Assembly (NCBI GenBank): GCA_964357975.1
Contig: CAYHNG010000001.1
Location: 47,007-111,006 of the forward strand
Reading direction: 5' to 3'
DNA from: an uncultured Pseudomonadales bacterium
GTDB lineage: Bacteria > Patescibacteriota > Microgenomatia > UBA1400 > MFAQ01
Length of the DNA: 64,000 nt
Part shown: positions 29,105-38,438 of the stretch, one piece after another
How the letters are laid out: every line of letters begins with the position of its first letter
Numbering within the stretch: the first letter of the stretch is position 1
Position numbers and translations under genes: made by a program
The notes under the pieces: model-generated
What the model saw: only the letters and a program-made list of their open reading frames with translations
Database searches by the model: none
What the model was told of the DNA's origin: nothing

Positions 29105-29961
29105 TCTGTTTTTGAATGGTAGCGGAGTTTAAGATTGGGATCTGATTCCCAGTGGTCTGAGCCACCATCGTCGTAATAACGAAGAATGTAAGTTCGATAA
29201 ATAATGGCGAAATAGTCGATGAAATAATTCCTCACTGATGACAGATCGACGTTACTGGCAAAGTTGTGAGTGATCTCCACCGGAGATTCATAAATTTTCT
29301 TGAAGCCAAGGTGGTTGGCGACAGTAAGAATTTCCAGATCAAAAGCCCAGCGCTTGACGATGAGGCGAGGAAGAACTTCGACCAGAACATCTCGACTAAA
29401 GACTTTAAGGCCTGTTTGGGTATCGGAGACATTCAGGCCAAAAACAAACTTGGTGGCCTTTTGGACGAGATAGGAGAGGAGTTTTCTTCGCCACGGATAG
29501 AACACCTTACTGGCGTGATGGCGTTTACTGCCAATAATGATATCCGCCTCGTACCACTTCATGTGTTCCAGTGCCAAGCCGATTCCTTTTGCATTTAAAT
29601 CGTTGCCCGCGTCGATAAAAGCGATTGTTCCGCCTTTGGCGCGGGCCATGCCATAACGCACCGCATAACCCTTGCCCTTGTTTACCTCATAGGTATAGAT
29701 TCGGCAGTTCTTGGCTTTGAACGACTTGGCCAGCTCTGCCGTTTTGTCCTTACTGTTTTTTTGTCCGTCAACAACGCAAATTAACTCATATGGACGATTC
29801 AGAAGATCTAGATAAAGCTTAATGGTAGAAAGATCGTTGTAAATAGTTTTGCAGTTATATGCCGGGACAATTACCGAGAGGAGAGAAGGATCAACTAAGC
29901 CGTGTGATTTAATTTTCTTTTTGGCCTTTTTGGGCATGAGGAGATTATAATCGATATACAC
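29101..29961 (-). CDS. GT2 polyprenol-phosphate glycosyltransferase (Dpm1/GtrB-like)
   Basis: SVIVPAYN, VVDGQKNSKDKT, GKGYAVRYGMARAKGGTIAFIDAGNDL, SDTQTGLKVFSRDVL fit the Dpm1/GtrB family. Start is the GTG at 29961, or alternatively the ATG at 29937. Confidence 0.7.
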   Translation of the reverse strand: MYIDYNLLMPKKAKKKIKSHGLVDPSLLSVIVPAYNCKTIYNDLSTIKLYLDLLNRPYELICVVDGQKNSKDKTAELAKSFKAKNCRIYTYEVNKGKGYAVRYGMARAKGGTIAFIDAGNDLNAKGIGLALEHMKWYEADIIIGSKRHHASKVFYPWRRKLLSYLVQKATKFVFGLNVSDTQTGLKVFSRDVLVEVLPRLIVKRWAFDLEILTVANHLGFKKIYESPVEITHNFASNVDLSSVRNYFIDYFAIIYRTYILRYYDDGGSDHWESDPNLKLRYHSKTE

Positions 29962-29970
29962 GTTGATGGA

Positions 29971-30018
29971 GTGAGATTGCCACGGTTCGGAGTACCGAAA
30001 CTCGCAATGACGAAAAGG
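29971..30018. repeat. Hairpin repeat copy R4 (GTGAGATtgccacGGTTCGGagtaCCGAAACtcgcaATGACGAAAAGG), intergenic between the flippase and Dpm1-like genes
   Basis: Same GTGAGAT and ATGACGA termini around a longer GGUUCGG/CCGAAAC hairpin. Lies immediately upstream of the GTG start at 29961. Confidence 0.7.
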
Positions 30019-30019
30019 G

Positions 30020-31270
30020 TTATTGGTTTTTGGTGTGGGAGAAGAGGAAAAATAAAAGAGAGGAGACTAGGCAAAGTTGGATAGCGAAGTTGGACCAGAT
30101 GACGAGCGAGAAGGAATCACGAAAAACATAAAAAAGTAATGGCTGGACTACTGTGGCGGCCAGAAGAAAGAGATTGGCACGAGGACGGCCGGTGGCCATA
30201 AGGTAAGCAACCAGAAACTGACCAAGAGCCAGGAAAACCATAGTGAAAGCAAAAATAGAGAGAAAGGGAGCGGCCTCCAGATAAGCGGCACCGGAAAGTA
30301 TCCGAATAATCAGAGTCGGGAACAAACCAAAAATGCTCGCGCCGATAAAACCAAAAAGGACGATCACAGCCCCTAGCTTGACAAAAATTGTTTTGGCCGA
30401 ACCAAAAGCCGCATGGCGATGAGAAGCCATCGGAAGAACCAAAGAGATAATGGGGGTTAATCCAAAAAGAATCATCCGTCCCAAAATGGACAAGGAAGAA
30501 TAGATACCGGAGAGATGAGGGTTGAACAAGGCTCGGACCATGAGGACATCGGTAGAAATCAGCGACATGGTACCGAGCGCATAAATAAAGCTATAGCCCA
30601 TAAAGCCGCCCAAAGAAAAGTGAGGAGAATTCTTTATGACGATCTTCGGATAAACTGAAGGACGAATGTTGAAGAAAATTATTATGGAAGTGACGACGCT
30701 ACCCAAAAGCTGACCAATGACGGCGCCGGTGGCTCCAAAGCCAAATTTGATGAGTAGAATGGAAAAAACAATGGTCAGAAAAATACTGACTAAACCCAAG
30801 AAGGTTTGGAAAACAAACCTTTGGTAAGCCACCAAATAAGAACCGATGATAGTTTGGTAGAGGGAAATAAAGACACTAATTCCTAAAACAATAAAGGCAA
30901 GTGAGTGGGCCTTGAAGATAAAGGATAAAGGCCCGGACAAAAGAATCAGAGCAAGTCCCAAAAAAACAGCGATGGGGGTAACGGTGCGAAGGAGGTAATG
31001 AAAAAAGAGATTGATGGAAGTTCTGTCGTCTTTTCCTTTGAACTCAGCAACGTATTTAGTGATCACGGTAGCGATAGTGCCGGTAGGAATGCCTAAGAGA
31101 TACGTCAGGGAAAGATAAGACAAGAATTCACCGTACTCTGCCGGAGCCAGGAAGCGAAGAAGAATGAGGTGGAAAAAATAGCGAAAAACACTTAAGGCAA
31201 AACTACCAAAATAAAAGATGGCGGTGGACCGAGCTGTAGGTGTAGAAATCGCACGAAAAATTCGCTTCAT
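30020..31270 (-). CDS. Oligosaccharide/polysaccharide flippase (Wzx-like, MOP superfamily)
   Basis: 416 aa, about 12 TM helices; PST-family layout. Confidence 0.65.
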   Translation of the reverse strand: MKRIFRAISTPTARSTAIFYFGSFALSVFRYFFHLILLRFLAPAEYGEFLSYLSLTYLLGIPTGTIATVITKYVAEFKGKDDRTSINLFFHYLLRTVTPIAVFLGLALILLSGPLSFIFKAHSLAFIVLGISVFISLYQTIIGSYLVAYQRFVFQTFLGLVSIFLTIVFSILLIKFGFGATGAVIGQLLGSVVTSIIIFFNIRPSVYPKIVIKNSPHFSLGGFMGYSFIYALGTMSLISTDVLMVRALFNPHLSGIYSSLSILGRMILFGLTPIISLVLPMASHRHAAFGSAKTIFVKLGAVIVLFGFIGASIFGLFPTLIIRILSGAAYLEAAPFLSIFAFTMVFLALGQFLVAYLMATGRPRANLFLLAATVVQPLLFYVFRDSFSLVIWSNFAIQLCLVSSLLFFLFSHTKNQ

Positions 31271-31300
31271 GGCTAATATAGTTTACGCTATTATTAATGC

Positions 31301-32713
31301 ATGAAGGCATGGAAAAAATATTGGGTGTGGCCGGTCGCGATACTTCTGATGGGAATGTTTTGGTGGATGAGGTTTAGCGATATCAGAACATCTTTTTTCT
31401 TTTTCAATGATATGGGAAGGGACTCTCTAGTGTTATGGGATTGGAAAGCCACAGGTAAACCTCCCCTCTTGGGACCTCAGGCCAGTGCAATGCCAATGAA
31501 CCAAAGTGCTGTTTATTATTACATGCTGTATCCATTGTTTCTGATGTTCGGAGGGGCGACAGTGAGCGCTTTATACACAAATGCATTACTGTACATCGTG
31601 TGTTTTGTGGCGGGATTAGTACTGCTCAAGAATCACAACAAGCTTCGGGTGGCGCTACTGGTGTCATTTTTTCTGGCCACTATTCACCCACAGTACATAA
31701 TTCAAAACAGATTTGTCTGGAATCCTTCATTTATACCTCCGCTCCTATCAGTATCGTTTATTAGTTTGTATTTGCTGACAGAAAAATTTAACTTGCGGAG
31801 ATTGATGGTTTTTTCGATCTCGATGGCTTTGGCGGTAGCGATCCATTTTCCGGCCGGTCCGTTCATGTTGGCGGCTATGACATACATGGCCTTATTTTGG
31901 AAAAAGAACAGAGTCTACTCAATTCTGGTTTTAATTGGTTTTTTGATATTCTTTAATCTGCCTTCTTTGGTGTTTGAAGCCAGACACGACCTTCTCATCA
32001 CCAAAAGTTTATTCAGTCACCAGTGGATTGGCACACAACAATTCACCATAGTTCAAAACATAGATAGATTGGCTAACTTTACCTTTTCGTTGGAGAACAA
32101 GACTATTGATTTGTTTTTATTGGTAACCGTACTAATCTATGGAATTTTTGTATTTATAAAAAAACCAAAAGAATTTGAGGGAATGTTGGGATTTTTATTT
32201 GTGTTTTCCTTTTTAGTCACCATTGCCAGCAAAATGGCTTTCCATTCTCATTATATTTTCGGATTCACTACCTTGATATTTTTACTGATTTCCGGACTTC
32301 CAAAAAACTTTAAATGGATGGTTATTGTGGTTTTTGTCTTGGTTTATTTGAATCCAAATGTGACCAAACAGTATTTTGTGACCGCCCCCAGAACAGTAGA
32401 ACAAATGGAGCAATGTTTCGCCAAAGTATGTGGAGAAATTAAGGATCCTATCTTTGTCTCGACTCAAGCCGGGTTTCACTCATTTCACAATGGTCCGGAA
32501 CACAGATTCCTGATGAAGAAAGCCGGATGCAATGTGAAATATGTGGAAGACCCTTCTCAAATAGCTAATTTGATGGCGGTAGTGCTGGATGACTCCAATT
32601 ATGTACAAGGGGCAACCAACTATAACGAATTGACACTCTTTGGAAAAAGCAAGGAAATCAAAAGGTTTACCTGTCAAGATAATTTTGGAGTGGTGATATT
32701 GGAGAGAGATTAA
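31301..32713 (+). CDS. ArnT/GT83-like GT-C membrane glycosyltransferase
   Basis: FFFNDMGRDSLVLWDW...GPQASAMPMNQSAVYYY N-terminal motif set; polytopic. Confidence 0.6.
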   Translation: MKAWKKYWVWPVAILLMGMFWWMRFSDIRTSFFFFNDMGRDSLVLWDWKATGKPPLLGPQASAMPMNQSAVYYYMLYPLFLMFGGATVSALYTNALLYIVCFVAGLVLLKNHNKLRVALLVSFFLATIHPQYIIQNRFVWNPSFIPPLLSVSFISLYLLTEKFNLRRLMVFSISMALAVAIHFPAGPFMLAAMTYMALFWKKNRVYSILVLIGFLIFFNLPSLVFEARHDLLITKSLFSHQWIGTQQFTIVQNIDRLANFTFSLENKTIDLFLLVTVLIYGIFVFIKKPKEFEGMLGFLFVFSFLVTIASKMAFHSHYIFGFTTLIFLLISGLPKNFKWMVIVVFVLVYLNPNVTKQYFVTAPRTVEQMEQCFAKVCGEIKDPIFVSTQAGFHSFHNGPEHRFLMKKAGCNVKYVEDPSQIANLMAVVLDDSNYVQGATNYNELTLFGKSKEIKRFTCQDNFGVVILERD

Positions 32714-34117
32714 CTAAATTTCCAGGTCACGGAGCAGATTTATTTTTATTGAGCTTTTCTCGTTTGATTTTTGGGCGCCGTAAATCCACCCGAAAGCTTC
32801 GTCTGCAGGACACGATACCGGTTTACCGGCATATGACCGGAAGAGATAGCACCAGCCACCGTATGCTGAGTAGCCAACTTCATCTTTTGTTCCTAAAATG
32901 ATGGAATATGGTTGGTTTTGAATATCTTTGGTAACTTTGATAATTCTTTCCTTTCGGGACACCAAACCATACTTTGATTGTTCACAAGTGAAAATGGTAA
33001 CTGCAGAGGAGAGAACAAAAATAAGAATTAGGAACCAGGAAATTTTCGGGTTTAATGAAGAAAGAAGTATCCCCGAAAAAACGGAAAATAGGGTGAAGAA
33101 GCTGAGGAGGTAGTATTCGATCACGTTACCGGGATAAAGAAGATACGAGATAATTGAAATAATAAGCATCGCAAAAAGAAGCAAGAATTTTTTGTCTCTC
33201 TTGGCTCTAAAAAAAGAAAAAACTAAGATTCCTAAAGAAAAGGATGACAGAAGAAAGACGGAACCGGTGGGTACCCCCGCGCCTCCAAAGCCCATTTCTG
33301 CCTGAACTGACGTCCGAGGACGTAGATACCAGAAACGACTAAGCGAGTTCCAGGTGGTGGATAAACGGCTTGGCAATCTATCTATTATCGAGATATCGCC
33401 TTGTGCTGTGAGCATGCGAAGTGGGGTACGCAGATTGTCGAAATTATGGACCTTGTCGAAGACAAGAAGTGGAGAAATCAAAATTAGATATACGACGATG
33501 GAAGATATCCACGTACTAAAATTGATTCTCTTGAAGGATTTAAAAACGAGAAAGAAAATTACCGGCCAGAACATGAGCAGTGAAAGGTGAATATGGAGCG
33601 CCGTAGCCATAATGGCTGAAACGAGAACAAACCAACGAGTATTTTTCTGAGATTTGTATAAAGAAAATAACAACCAAACCGTAAGTAGCGGAATGGGAGA
33701 TGGATTCCAGAAACGACGATCAAAGAAATTCAAGAGAGGAGATCCTGCGTAAAAAAATGAAGAAAAAATGGCTACCGATGGTGAAAATAGTCGAGATGAA
33801 ACAAAGTATATGGAAATAACCGTAGCCAGACCGAGTAGGGGGGCGAAATAGGCAAGAATAAGAGGATCTCCTCCGGAGAAGAAGAATAAGAGAGCGTTTA
33901 AATAGGTGAACGCAGGCCCGAGATAAAAGCCGGTATTTCCGGCGCTTACTCCAATCCAGATGGGGTGAAAATCCTGAACCTGTGACCAAGCAAGAAAGGC
34001 TTGATATTCTTCATCAAAATTGAAACTAAACCACTCACCTGCTTTCCAAAAACGGAGAAAGAGAAGAAAGACAAATAATAAAACCGGAAGAATGTGAACC
34101 GGTTTTATTTTTGTCAT
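32714..34117 (-). CDS. ArnT/GT83-like GT-C membrane glycosyltransferase
   Basis: FSFNFDEEYQAFLAW...GNTGFYLGPAFTYL resembles the ArnT DE-x-RYAE motif; polytopic. Confidence 0.6.
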   Translation of the reverse strand: MTKIKPVHILPVLLFVFLLFLRFWKAGEWFSFNFDEEYQAFLAWSQVQDFHPIWIGVSAGNTGFYLGPAFTYLNALLFFFSGGDPLILAYFAPLLGLATVISIYFVSSRLFSPSVAIFSSFFYAGSPLLNFFDRRFWNPSPIPLLTVWLLFSLYKSQKNTRWFVLVSAIMATALHIHLSLLMFWPVIFFLVFKSFKRINFSTWISSIVVYLILISPLLVFDKVHNFDNLRTPLRMLTAQGDISIIDRLPSRLSTTWNSLSRFWYLRPRTSVQAEMGFGGAGVPTGSVFLLSSFSLGILVFSFFRAKRDKKFLLLFAMLIISIISYLLYPGNVIEYYLLSFFTLFSVFSGILLSSLNPKISWFLILIFVLSSAVTIFTCEQSKYGLVSRKERIIKVTKDIQNQPYSIILGTKDEVGYSAYGGWCYLFRSYAGKPVSCPADEAFGWIYGAQKSNEKSSIKINLLRDLEI

Positions 34118-34138
34118 TAGAATTAGTTTAGCATTCAG

Positions 34139-35242
34139 CTATATTAATCTTTCCCAGGGATACTCCGAATGGCCGAAGTGGCCGTACCTGGCAGTTTTTT
34201 GATAAATGGGCTGTAGCAAAGCGAGACCGGAAATGATGCCGGCGACGGAAAGATCCAACAGCTTCCAGGCAAAATCTTCGATGATTTTTTGATCTTTTTT
34301 GTTGGTGCCATAAGTTTCTATGGCCTTTCCCACCGGATCTTTGACACCGATGGCATAGGCCAGCTGGACTTCGCAACGATCGGCCAATTTGGCGGCCACG
34401 ATATTCTTGGCAATAAATCTGGCGGCATAGGCCCCTGACCGATCGACCTTCGTAAGATCCTTGCCCGAAAAACAACCTCCGCCGATTCTGCCCATACCAC
34501 CATAGGTATCGACGACAATTTTCCGGCCGGTAACTCCCGTATCCGAAGCAGGACCGCCAATTTCCCAAGCACCTGTGCCGTTGAAGATCACATTTTTGAG
34601 GGAGATTTGGGGCAGGTGATATTTTTCGAGAAGCGGGACAATTGAAAGTTTGTAGAGATACTCTTTGATTTCCTCGCGGGCCATCTTCGGATCTTGGGGT
34701 TTGGCTAAGACAATTTTCTCGACCGAAATCGGGCGACCATTTGCGTATTTAACGGTGACTTGAGATTTTCCGTCCGGGCGGAGAAAAGGTAACTCTTTCA
34801 CAAACAACAAATCCATGGACTCTGCGAGCTCGTGGGCCAGAGTAATGGGGAGCGGCATGAGCTGTGCGGTCTCATTGGTGGCGTAACCAAACATCATACC
34901 CTGATCCCCTGCTCCCCCATCGTCAACGCCAACGGCAATATCTTTGGACTGTTCATGGATGTAAACCTCGATATCGGTTTGAGGACCAAAGCGGTATTCG
35001 TCTCGGGTATAGCCTAAGTCCCGAATAACTTTTTTGGCTAGGCTTTGGTAATCGAGTGAACGGGGACAGGTAATCTCCCCGGCCATAATCAGCTTGTTGG
35101 TAGTCACAAGCGATTCACAAGCCACACGAGAATGTGGATCGGCCTGGAGAGCGGCATCTAATACGGCATCCGAGATCTGATCACAGATCTTATCCGGGTG
35201 GCCGGCGCAAACGGACTCAGACGAAAAGAGGGAATAGTTCAT
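34139..35242 (-). CDS. metK: S-adenosylmethionine synthetase
   Basis: SESVCAGHPDKICDQISDA, GAGDQGMMFGYA and GGGCFSGKD hallmark motifs. Confidence 0.95.
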   Translation of the reverse strand: MNYSLFSSESVCAGHPDKICDQISDAVLDAALQADPHSRVACESLVTTNKLIMAGEITCPRSLDYQSLAKKVIRDLGYTRDEYRFGPQTDIEVYIHEQSKDIAVGVDDGGAGDQGMMFGYATNETAQLMPLPITLAHELAESMDLLFVKELPFLRPDGKSQVTVKYANGRPISVEKIVLAKPQDPKMAREEIKEYLYKLSIVPLLEKYHLPQISLKNVIFNGTGAWEIGGPASDTGVTGRKIVVDTYGGMGRIGGGCFSGKDLTKVDRSGAYAARFIAKNIVAAKLADRCEVQLAYAIGVKDPVGKAIETYGTNKKDQKIIEDFAWKLLDLSVAGIISGLALLQPIYQKTARYGHFGHSEYPWERLI

Positions 35243-35345
35243 TTTATTTTTCCTCTAATTGATAACAGAGGCTTGTCATTTTGGCACCGCGACCTGAATT
35301 GGCTCGGTTGTCGTCCGCCTATGGCGGAACTCTTGACAGCTAGGA
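35243..35345 (-). ncRNA. Candidate SAM riboswitch (SAM-I/SAM-IV clan) in the metK 5' leader
   Basis: The minus-strand RNA reads GCUGUCAAGAGUUCCGCCAUAGGCGGACGACAACCGAGCCAAUUCAGGUCGCGGUGCCAAAAUGACAAGCCUCUGUUAUCAAUUAGAGGAAAAAUAAAAAUG. It contains UCAAGAG (P1/J1-2), CAACC...GGUGCC (the P3 strands of SAM-I/IV) and AUGACAAGC, which can close P1 against GCUGUCA. A downstream CCUCU...AGAGG hairpin can sequester the probable Shine-Dalgarno sequence. Confidence 0.45.
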
Positions 35346-35364
35346 TAATATTAACACGAAATGA

Positions 35365-36495
35365 TTAGGCTACGAAGTAGCCGCGTGTGAAGAAAATGAT
35401 GGAGAGAATGGATAAAACGATGCAAGTGGCATAGAGACTGTACTTAATGAAGGGATGTTGTTTCTCGATCCAAAACGCCATGACCATGAACACCGGGAAA
35501 AGCACTAATGTAAATCGGGGCATGCTCATAAAGGTACCTGAAAATGTGGGCAGCAAGAAAGACAGCAAAACAAATAGCCAGTAAGAGAAACGAATTCTTC
35601 TAAAGAAAATAATTAAAGCGGTGACAATCAACACGGCCGAAAACAACTCCAAGACGACGGTAAAGTAGAGAGGGTCCCAGTCGGTAAAAATTAACATTTT
35701 GAAATAGCGGAAGAAGACCTGGTGGAGAAGAATTAGTTTGTCTACTGTCCGGCCACCAAAGACAGATTGAATGTGGAAAAAGAATAATGGATCTCCGGTT
35801 TTGAGATATTGAAAACGCATAAAAGAAAAAAGCCCTAGTGGAGGAAGAAGTAACCACAGAGCAGAAAAATTAACAGACTTTTTTATATCTTTGCCGTACA
35901 TGAGCCAGAACTCGTAAATAATGGAAGGCCAGAGAAAGATACCGGTGATCCGGGTGGCCGAAGCGATCGCGGCCACAACACAGGCCAGAAAAAAGTGTTG
36001 GCGGCGAATAAGGTAAAAAGTGAGAACCGTCAGTAGAAGAAACAAAGACTCGGTGTAGACCGAGCCAAAAAAGAAGGCCGTGGGAAATAAGAGTATCAAC
36101 ATAATAGTAAGGCGAGAGACCTTCTTAGTGAAGTCCAGCGCGGTTAGACGATAGAGGAAATAAAGAGCCAGGATGAGATAGACATGAGAGAGAAAGAGCC
36201 CCGAAGCCAGGTAATTGCCGAATAGATTGAAAGTTCTTACTGTCCAAGGATAAACCGGGAAGAAAGCATAGTCCATGTCGGTCTTGTGCTGATAGCCATA
36301 ACCAAACTGAGCAAGGTCAAGATAATGAAGGCCATCAAAGTTGGACCACATGGAAAAAATGTTTCCGACAGAGGGCTTTTCGGTGAGACTCGTGAAACGG
36401 GTACGGGGAGGCAGAAGAAACATGGCCGGGAGAGCGATGAGAATAATCAGAACTCGCCAACCTAAAACGAGTTTGAAGATTTCTTTGATGGACAT
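35365..36495 (-). CDS. Polytopic membrane protein, putative GT-C mannosyltransferase-like (PIG-V/DUF2029-like)
   Basis: 376 aa, about 10 TM helices, conserved HYLDLAQFGYGY loop; assignment tentative. Confidence 0.4.
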   Translation of the reverse strand: MSIKEIFKLVLGWRVLIILIALPAMFLLPPRTRFTSLTEKPSVGNIFSMWSNFDGLHYLDLAQFGYGYQHKTDMDYAFFPVYPWTVRTFNLFGNYLASGLFLSHVYLILALYFLYRLTALDFTKKVSRLTIMLILLFPTAFFFGSVYTESLFLLLTVLTFYLIRRQHFFLACVVAAIASATRITGIFLWPSIIYEFWLMYGKDIKKSVNFSALWLLLPPLGLFSFMRFQYLKTGDPLFFFHIQSVFGGRTVDKLILLHQVFFRYFKMLIFTDWDPLYFTVVLELFSAVLIVTALIIFFRRIRFSYWLFVLLSFLLPTFSGTFMSMPRFTLVLFPVFMVMAFWIEKQHPFIKYSLYATCIVLSILSIIFFTRGYFVA

Positions 36496-38177
36496 TACGG
36501 TTTTGTCACTCCATTTCTAAGTCGAGAAATTACACGCTCTTCCCCCATTACTTGCATCATTTCGTATAGATCTGGTGTCATGGTCTTTCCAGATAGCGCA
36601 ATGCGAAGGACCATCGCTACGTCGCCAAGATGACCTCTGTATCCTTGTGTATTACTCTTGTATTCTTTCATAGATGACGCATACCCAAGTGATAAGCACA
36701 CCACTTTTAGTTTCTCAAACCAGATCTCTTTTGTGTCTGAATAGTGATAGCTGGTCAGAAATTTCTTGATAATTTCTTTGACTTTCAATGGGTCGGTAAT
36801 GTTTTCGGTGGTAATTGGAAAAACTGCTTGATCAAAAATTTCATCGTAGAAGAATCCGAACAAGTCAGGTATCTGAGACCATTGTGAGATATCTTTTCTA
36901 TTTTTATCTCCTTCGCGCTCAATGTTGAGAATGCTAATTGAATACTCTTTATCCATTGTAAATATGCGATGAAATTCAGAGTTGAACTTTTGAGACCAAT
37001 CACATACCAATGAATATATCTCATCGACCTTCATGGTAGAAATTTCTTGCTTGCAGATATCCAAGAACTTAACCATATCAAACAGGGCCCCAGATGATCC
37101 CATGTGGACAAGGGTGAGGGGGAAATCCAAAAGCGAGGTGTGTGGATTCTCCTTCCTCCATTTTTCAAATCCGGAATCGGCGATGTTCAACACATAAGCT
37201 CTGACTGCTTTTGCGGGAATACCAAGTTTAAGATAATAAGAAGTATCAGCCTCCGGATCTTTTCTCTTGCTAAGCTTTCTTTTGGTGGTCTCTCCGTCCA
37301 TTTTCATGACTGGGGATAAATGTCCGAATTTCGGTCGATCCCAACCAAAAGCATCAATGATCTGCAGATGAAGTGGTAACGAAGGTAGCCATTCATCGCC
37401 ACGAATTACTTGGTTAACCCCCTGCAGATGATCGTCAACCATAGCGGCCAAATGATAGACAGGTAATCCTAGTCCTGTTGAAGCAGACTTCATTAAGACA
37501 TAGTCGGTATCATTTCCCGGAAGTGTAACTCGACCCTTTATAGAGTCGGTAAAAGTGGAGACAGTGAAATTCAGTGGTGAGCGGAAGCGGATGGCAAAGG
37601 TTTCTCCAGCGGCTAACTTGTCTTTTATGTTGTCGAGAGAAAGGTTTCGGCATGCGGCGTACTTACCGTAATACCCCGTTCTTTCTTTGTTGGAAACTTG
37701 AGTCTGTCGAGCTAATTCAAGTTTCTCGGCATTACAGAAACAAGGATAGGCCATACCCCTTTTTAGTAGGGTTTTGATGGCCGATAAGTAGACTTCCTGT
37801 CGATGACTTTGGATGTATGGTCCATATTGACCGACCTCCTCGTCTCCTAATATGGGTCCTTCGGAATATTGGACACCAAATTCCCTTAAAGCAGTGATTA
37901 TTGTTTTTATTCCGCCAACAACTTCCCTATTTTTATCTGTATCTTCGATCCTTAAAAAAAAGACACCGCTACTCAAGTGAGCAATTTGCTCATTCACCAT
38001 CGAGGTGAAGATCAGTCCAAAGTGAGCAAAACCGGTAGGGCTGGGAGCGACACGAACCACCAGAGCACCTTCTGGTAGCTTCCTTTTTGGATAACGGAGC
38101 TCGATCTCTGAGAGTTCGAGGGTGGATTCCGGAACAAGCAGCTTCGCTAATTCAGTGTTGGTTAATTTGTCTACCAT
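36495..38177 (-). CDS. gltX: Glutamate--tRNA ligase
   Basis: VVRVAPSPTGFAHFG (HIGH-type) and KLSKRK (KMSKS) motifs; 560 aa. Confidence 0.9.
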   Translation of the reverse strand: MVDKLTNTELAKLLVPESTLELSEIELRYPKRKLPEGALVVRVAPSPTGFAHFGLIFTSMVNEQIAHLSSGVFFLRIEDTDKNREVVGGIKTIITALREFGVQYSEGPILGDEEVGQYGPYIQSHRQEVYLSAIKTLLKRGMAYPCFCNAEKLELARQTQVSNKERTGYYGKYAACRNLSLDNIKDKLAAGETFAIRFRSPLNFTVSTFTDSIKGRVTLPGNDTDYVLMKSASTGLGLPVYHLAAMVDDHLQGVNQVIRGDEWLPSLPLHLQIIDAFGWDRPKFGHLSPVMKMDGETTKRKLSKRKDPEADTSYYLKLGIPAKAVRAYVLNIADSGFEKWRKENPHTSLLDFPLTLVHMGSSGALFDMVKFLDICKQEISTMKVDEIYSLVCDWSQKFNSEFHRIFTMDKEYSISILNIEREGDKNRKDISQWSQIPDLFGFFYDEIFDQAVFPITTENITDPLKVKEIIKKFLTSYHYSDTKEIWFEKLKVVCLSLGYASSMKEYKSNTQGYRGHLGDVAMVLRIALSGKTMTPDLYEMMQVMGEERVISRLRNGVTKP

Positions 38178-38276
38178 TTTTTGTCAGAGTCGATTGTTAC
38201 GGCTAATTCCCGACAATTCTGCATTCAAATTATATCGCATTTGGATAACTCCTATCCACGCGCCACCATTTTGGAT

Positions 38277-38303
38277 TGATAGGGAGAAAAGCTATGATAT
38301 AAT
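38277..38303 (+). promoter_or_regulatory. Sigma-70-like promoter with an extended -10 (TGaTATAAT) driving the small ORF
   Basis: TTGATA at 38277-38282 and TGATATAAT at 38295-38303. A divergent TATAAT for gltX lies on the other strand at about 38231-38236. Confidence 0.4.
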
Positions 38304-38337
38304 AGAGGTGTTACAAATTTAAGAAAAGGAGTATGTT

Positions 38338-38418
38338 ATGAATAACTTCGTTTATAACGCTGGTCCTGAGGACGAAGGTGACGATACTGAAGATGGTGGT
38401 GGGGGCTGGGAACACTAG
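38338..38418 (+). CDS. 26-aa acidic small ORF (MNNFVYNAGPEDEGDDTEDGGGGWEH) forming a mini transcription unit
   Basis: AAGGAG at 38326-38331, 6 nt upstream of the ATG; open for 26 codons to a TAG at 38416-38418; the terminator follows immediately. Confidence 0.4.
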   Translation: MNNFVYNAGPEDEGDDTEDGGGGWEH

Positions 38419-38438
38419 TATTGAGTGAGCATCCGAAC

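Noticed and set aside
34128-34572. Track ORFs 34128-34568 and 34318-34572 (Arg-rich translations), both antisense/out-of-frame within metK
   Set aside because: They lie entirely inside the strongly supported metK CDS. The translations are low-complexity Arg/Gly-rich, typical of a spurious frame in GC-rich coding sequence.
35243-35345. Alternative riboswitch classes (SAM-II, SAM-III/SMK box, SAM-VI) for the metK leader
   Set aside because: Neither the SAM-II pseudoknot consensus nor an SMK-box arrangement around the Shine-Dalgarno sequence is evident, and the conserved words match the SAM-I/IV core instead. The class assignment remains tentative.
38178-38276. Possible T-box leader upstream of gltX
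   Set aside because: The minus-strand leader between the putative -10 (about 38231-38236) and the gltX ATG is only about 50 nt, far too short for a T-box. No specifier/antiterminator structure is seen.
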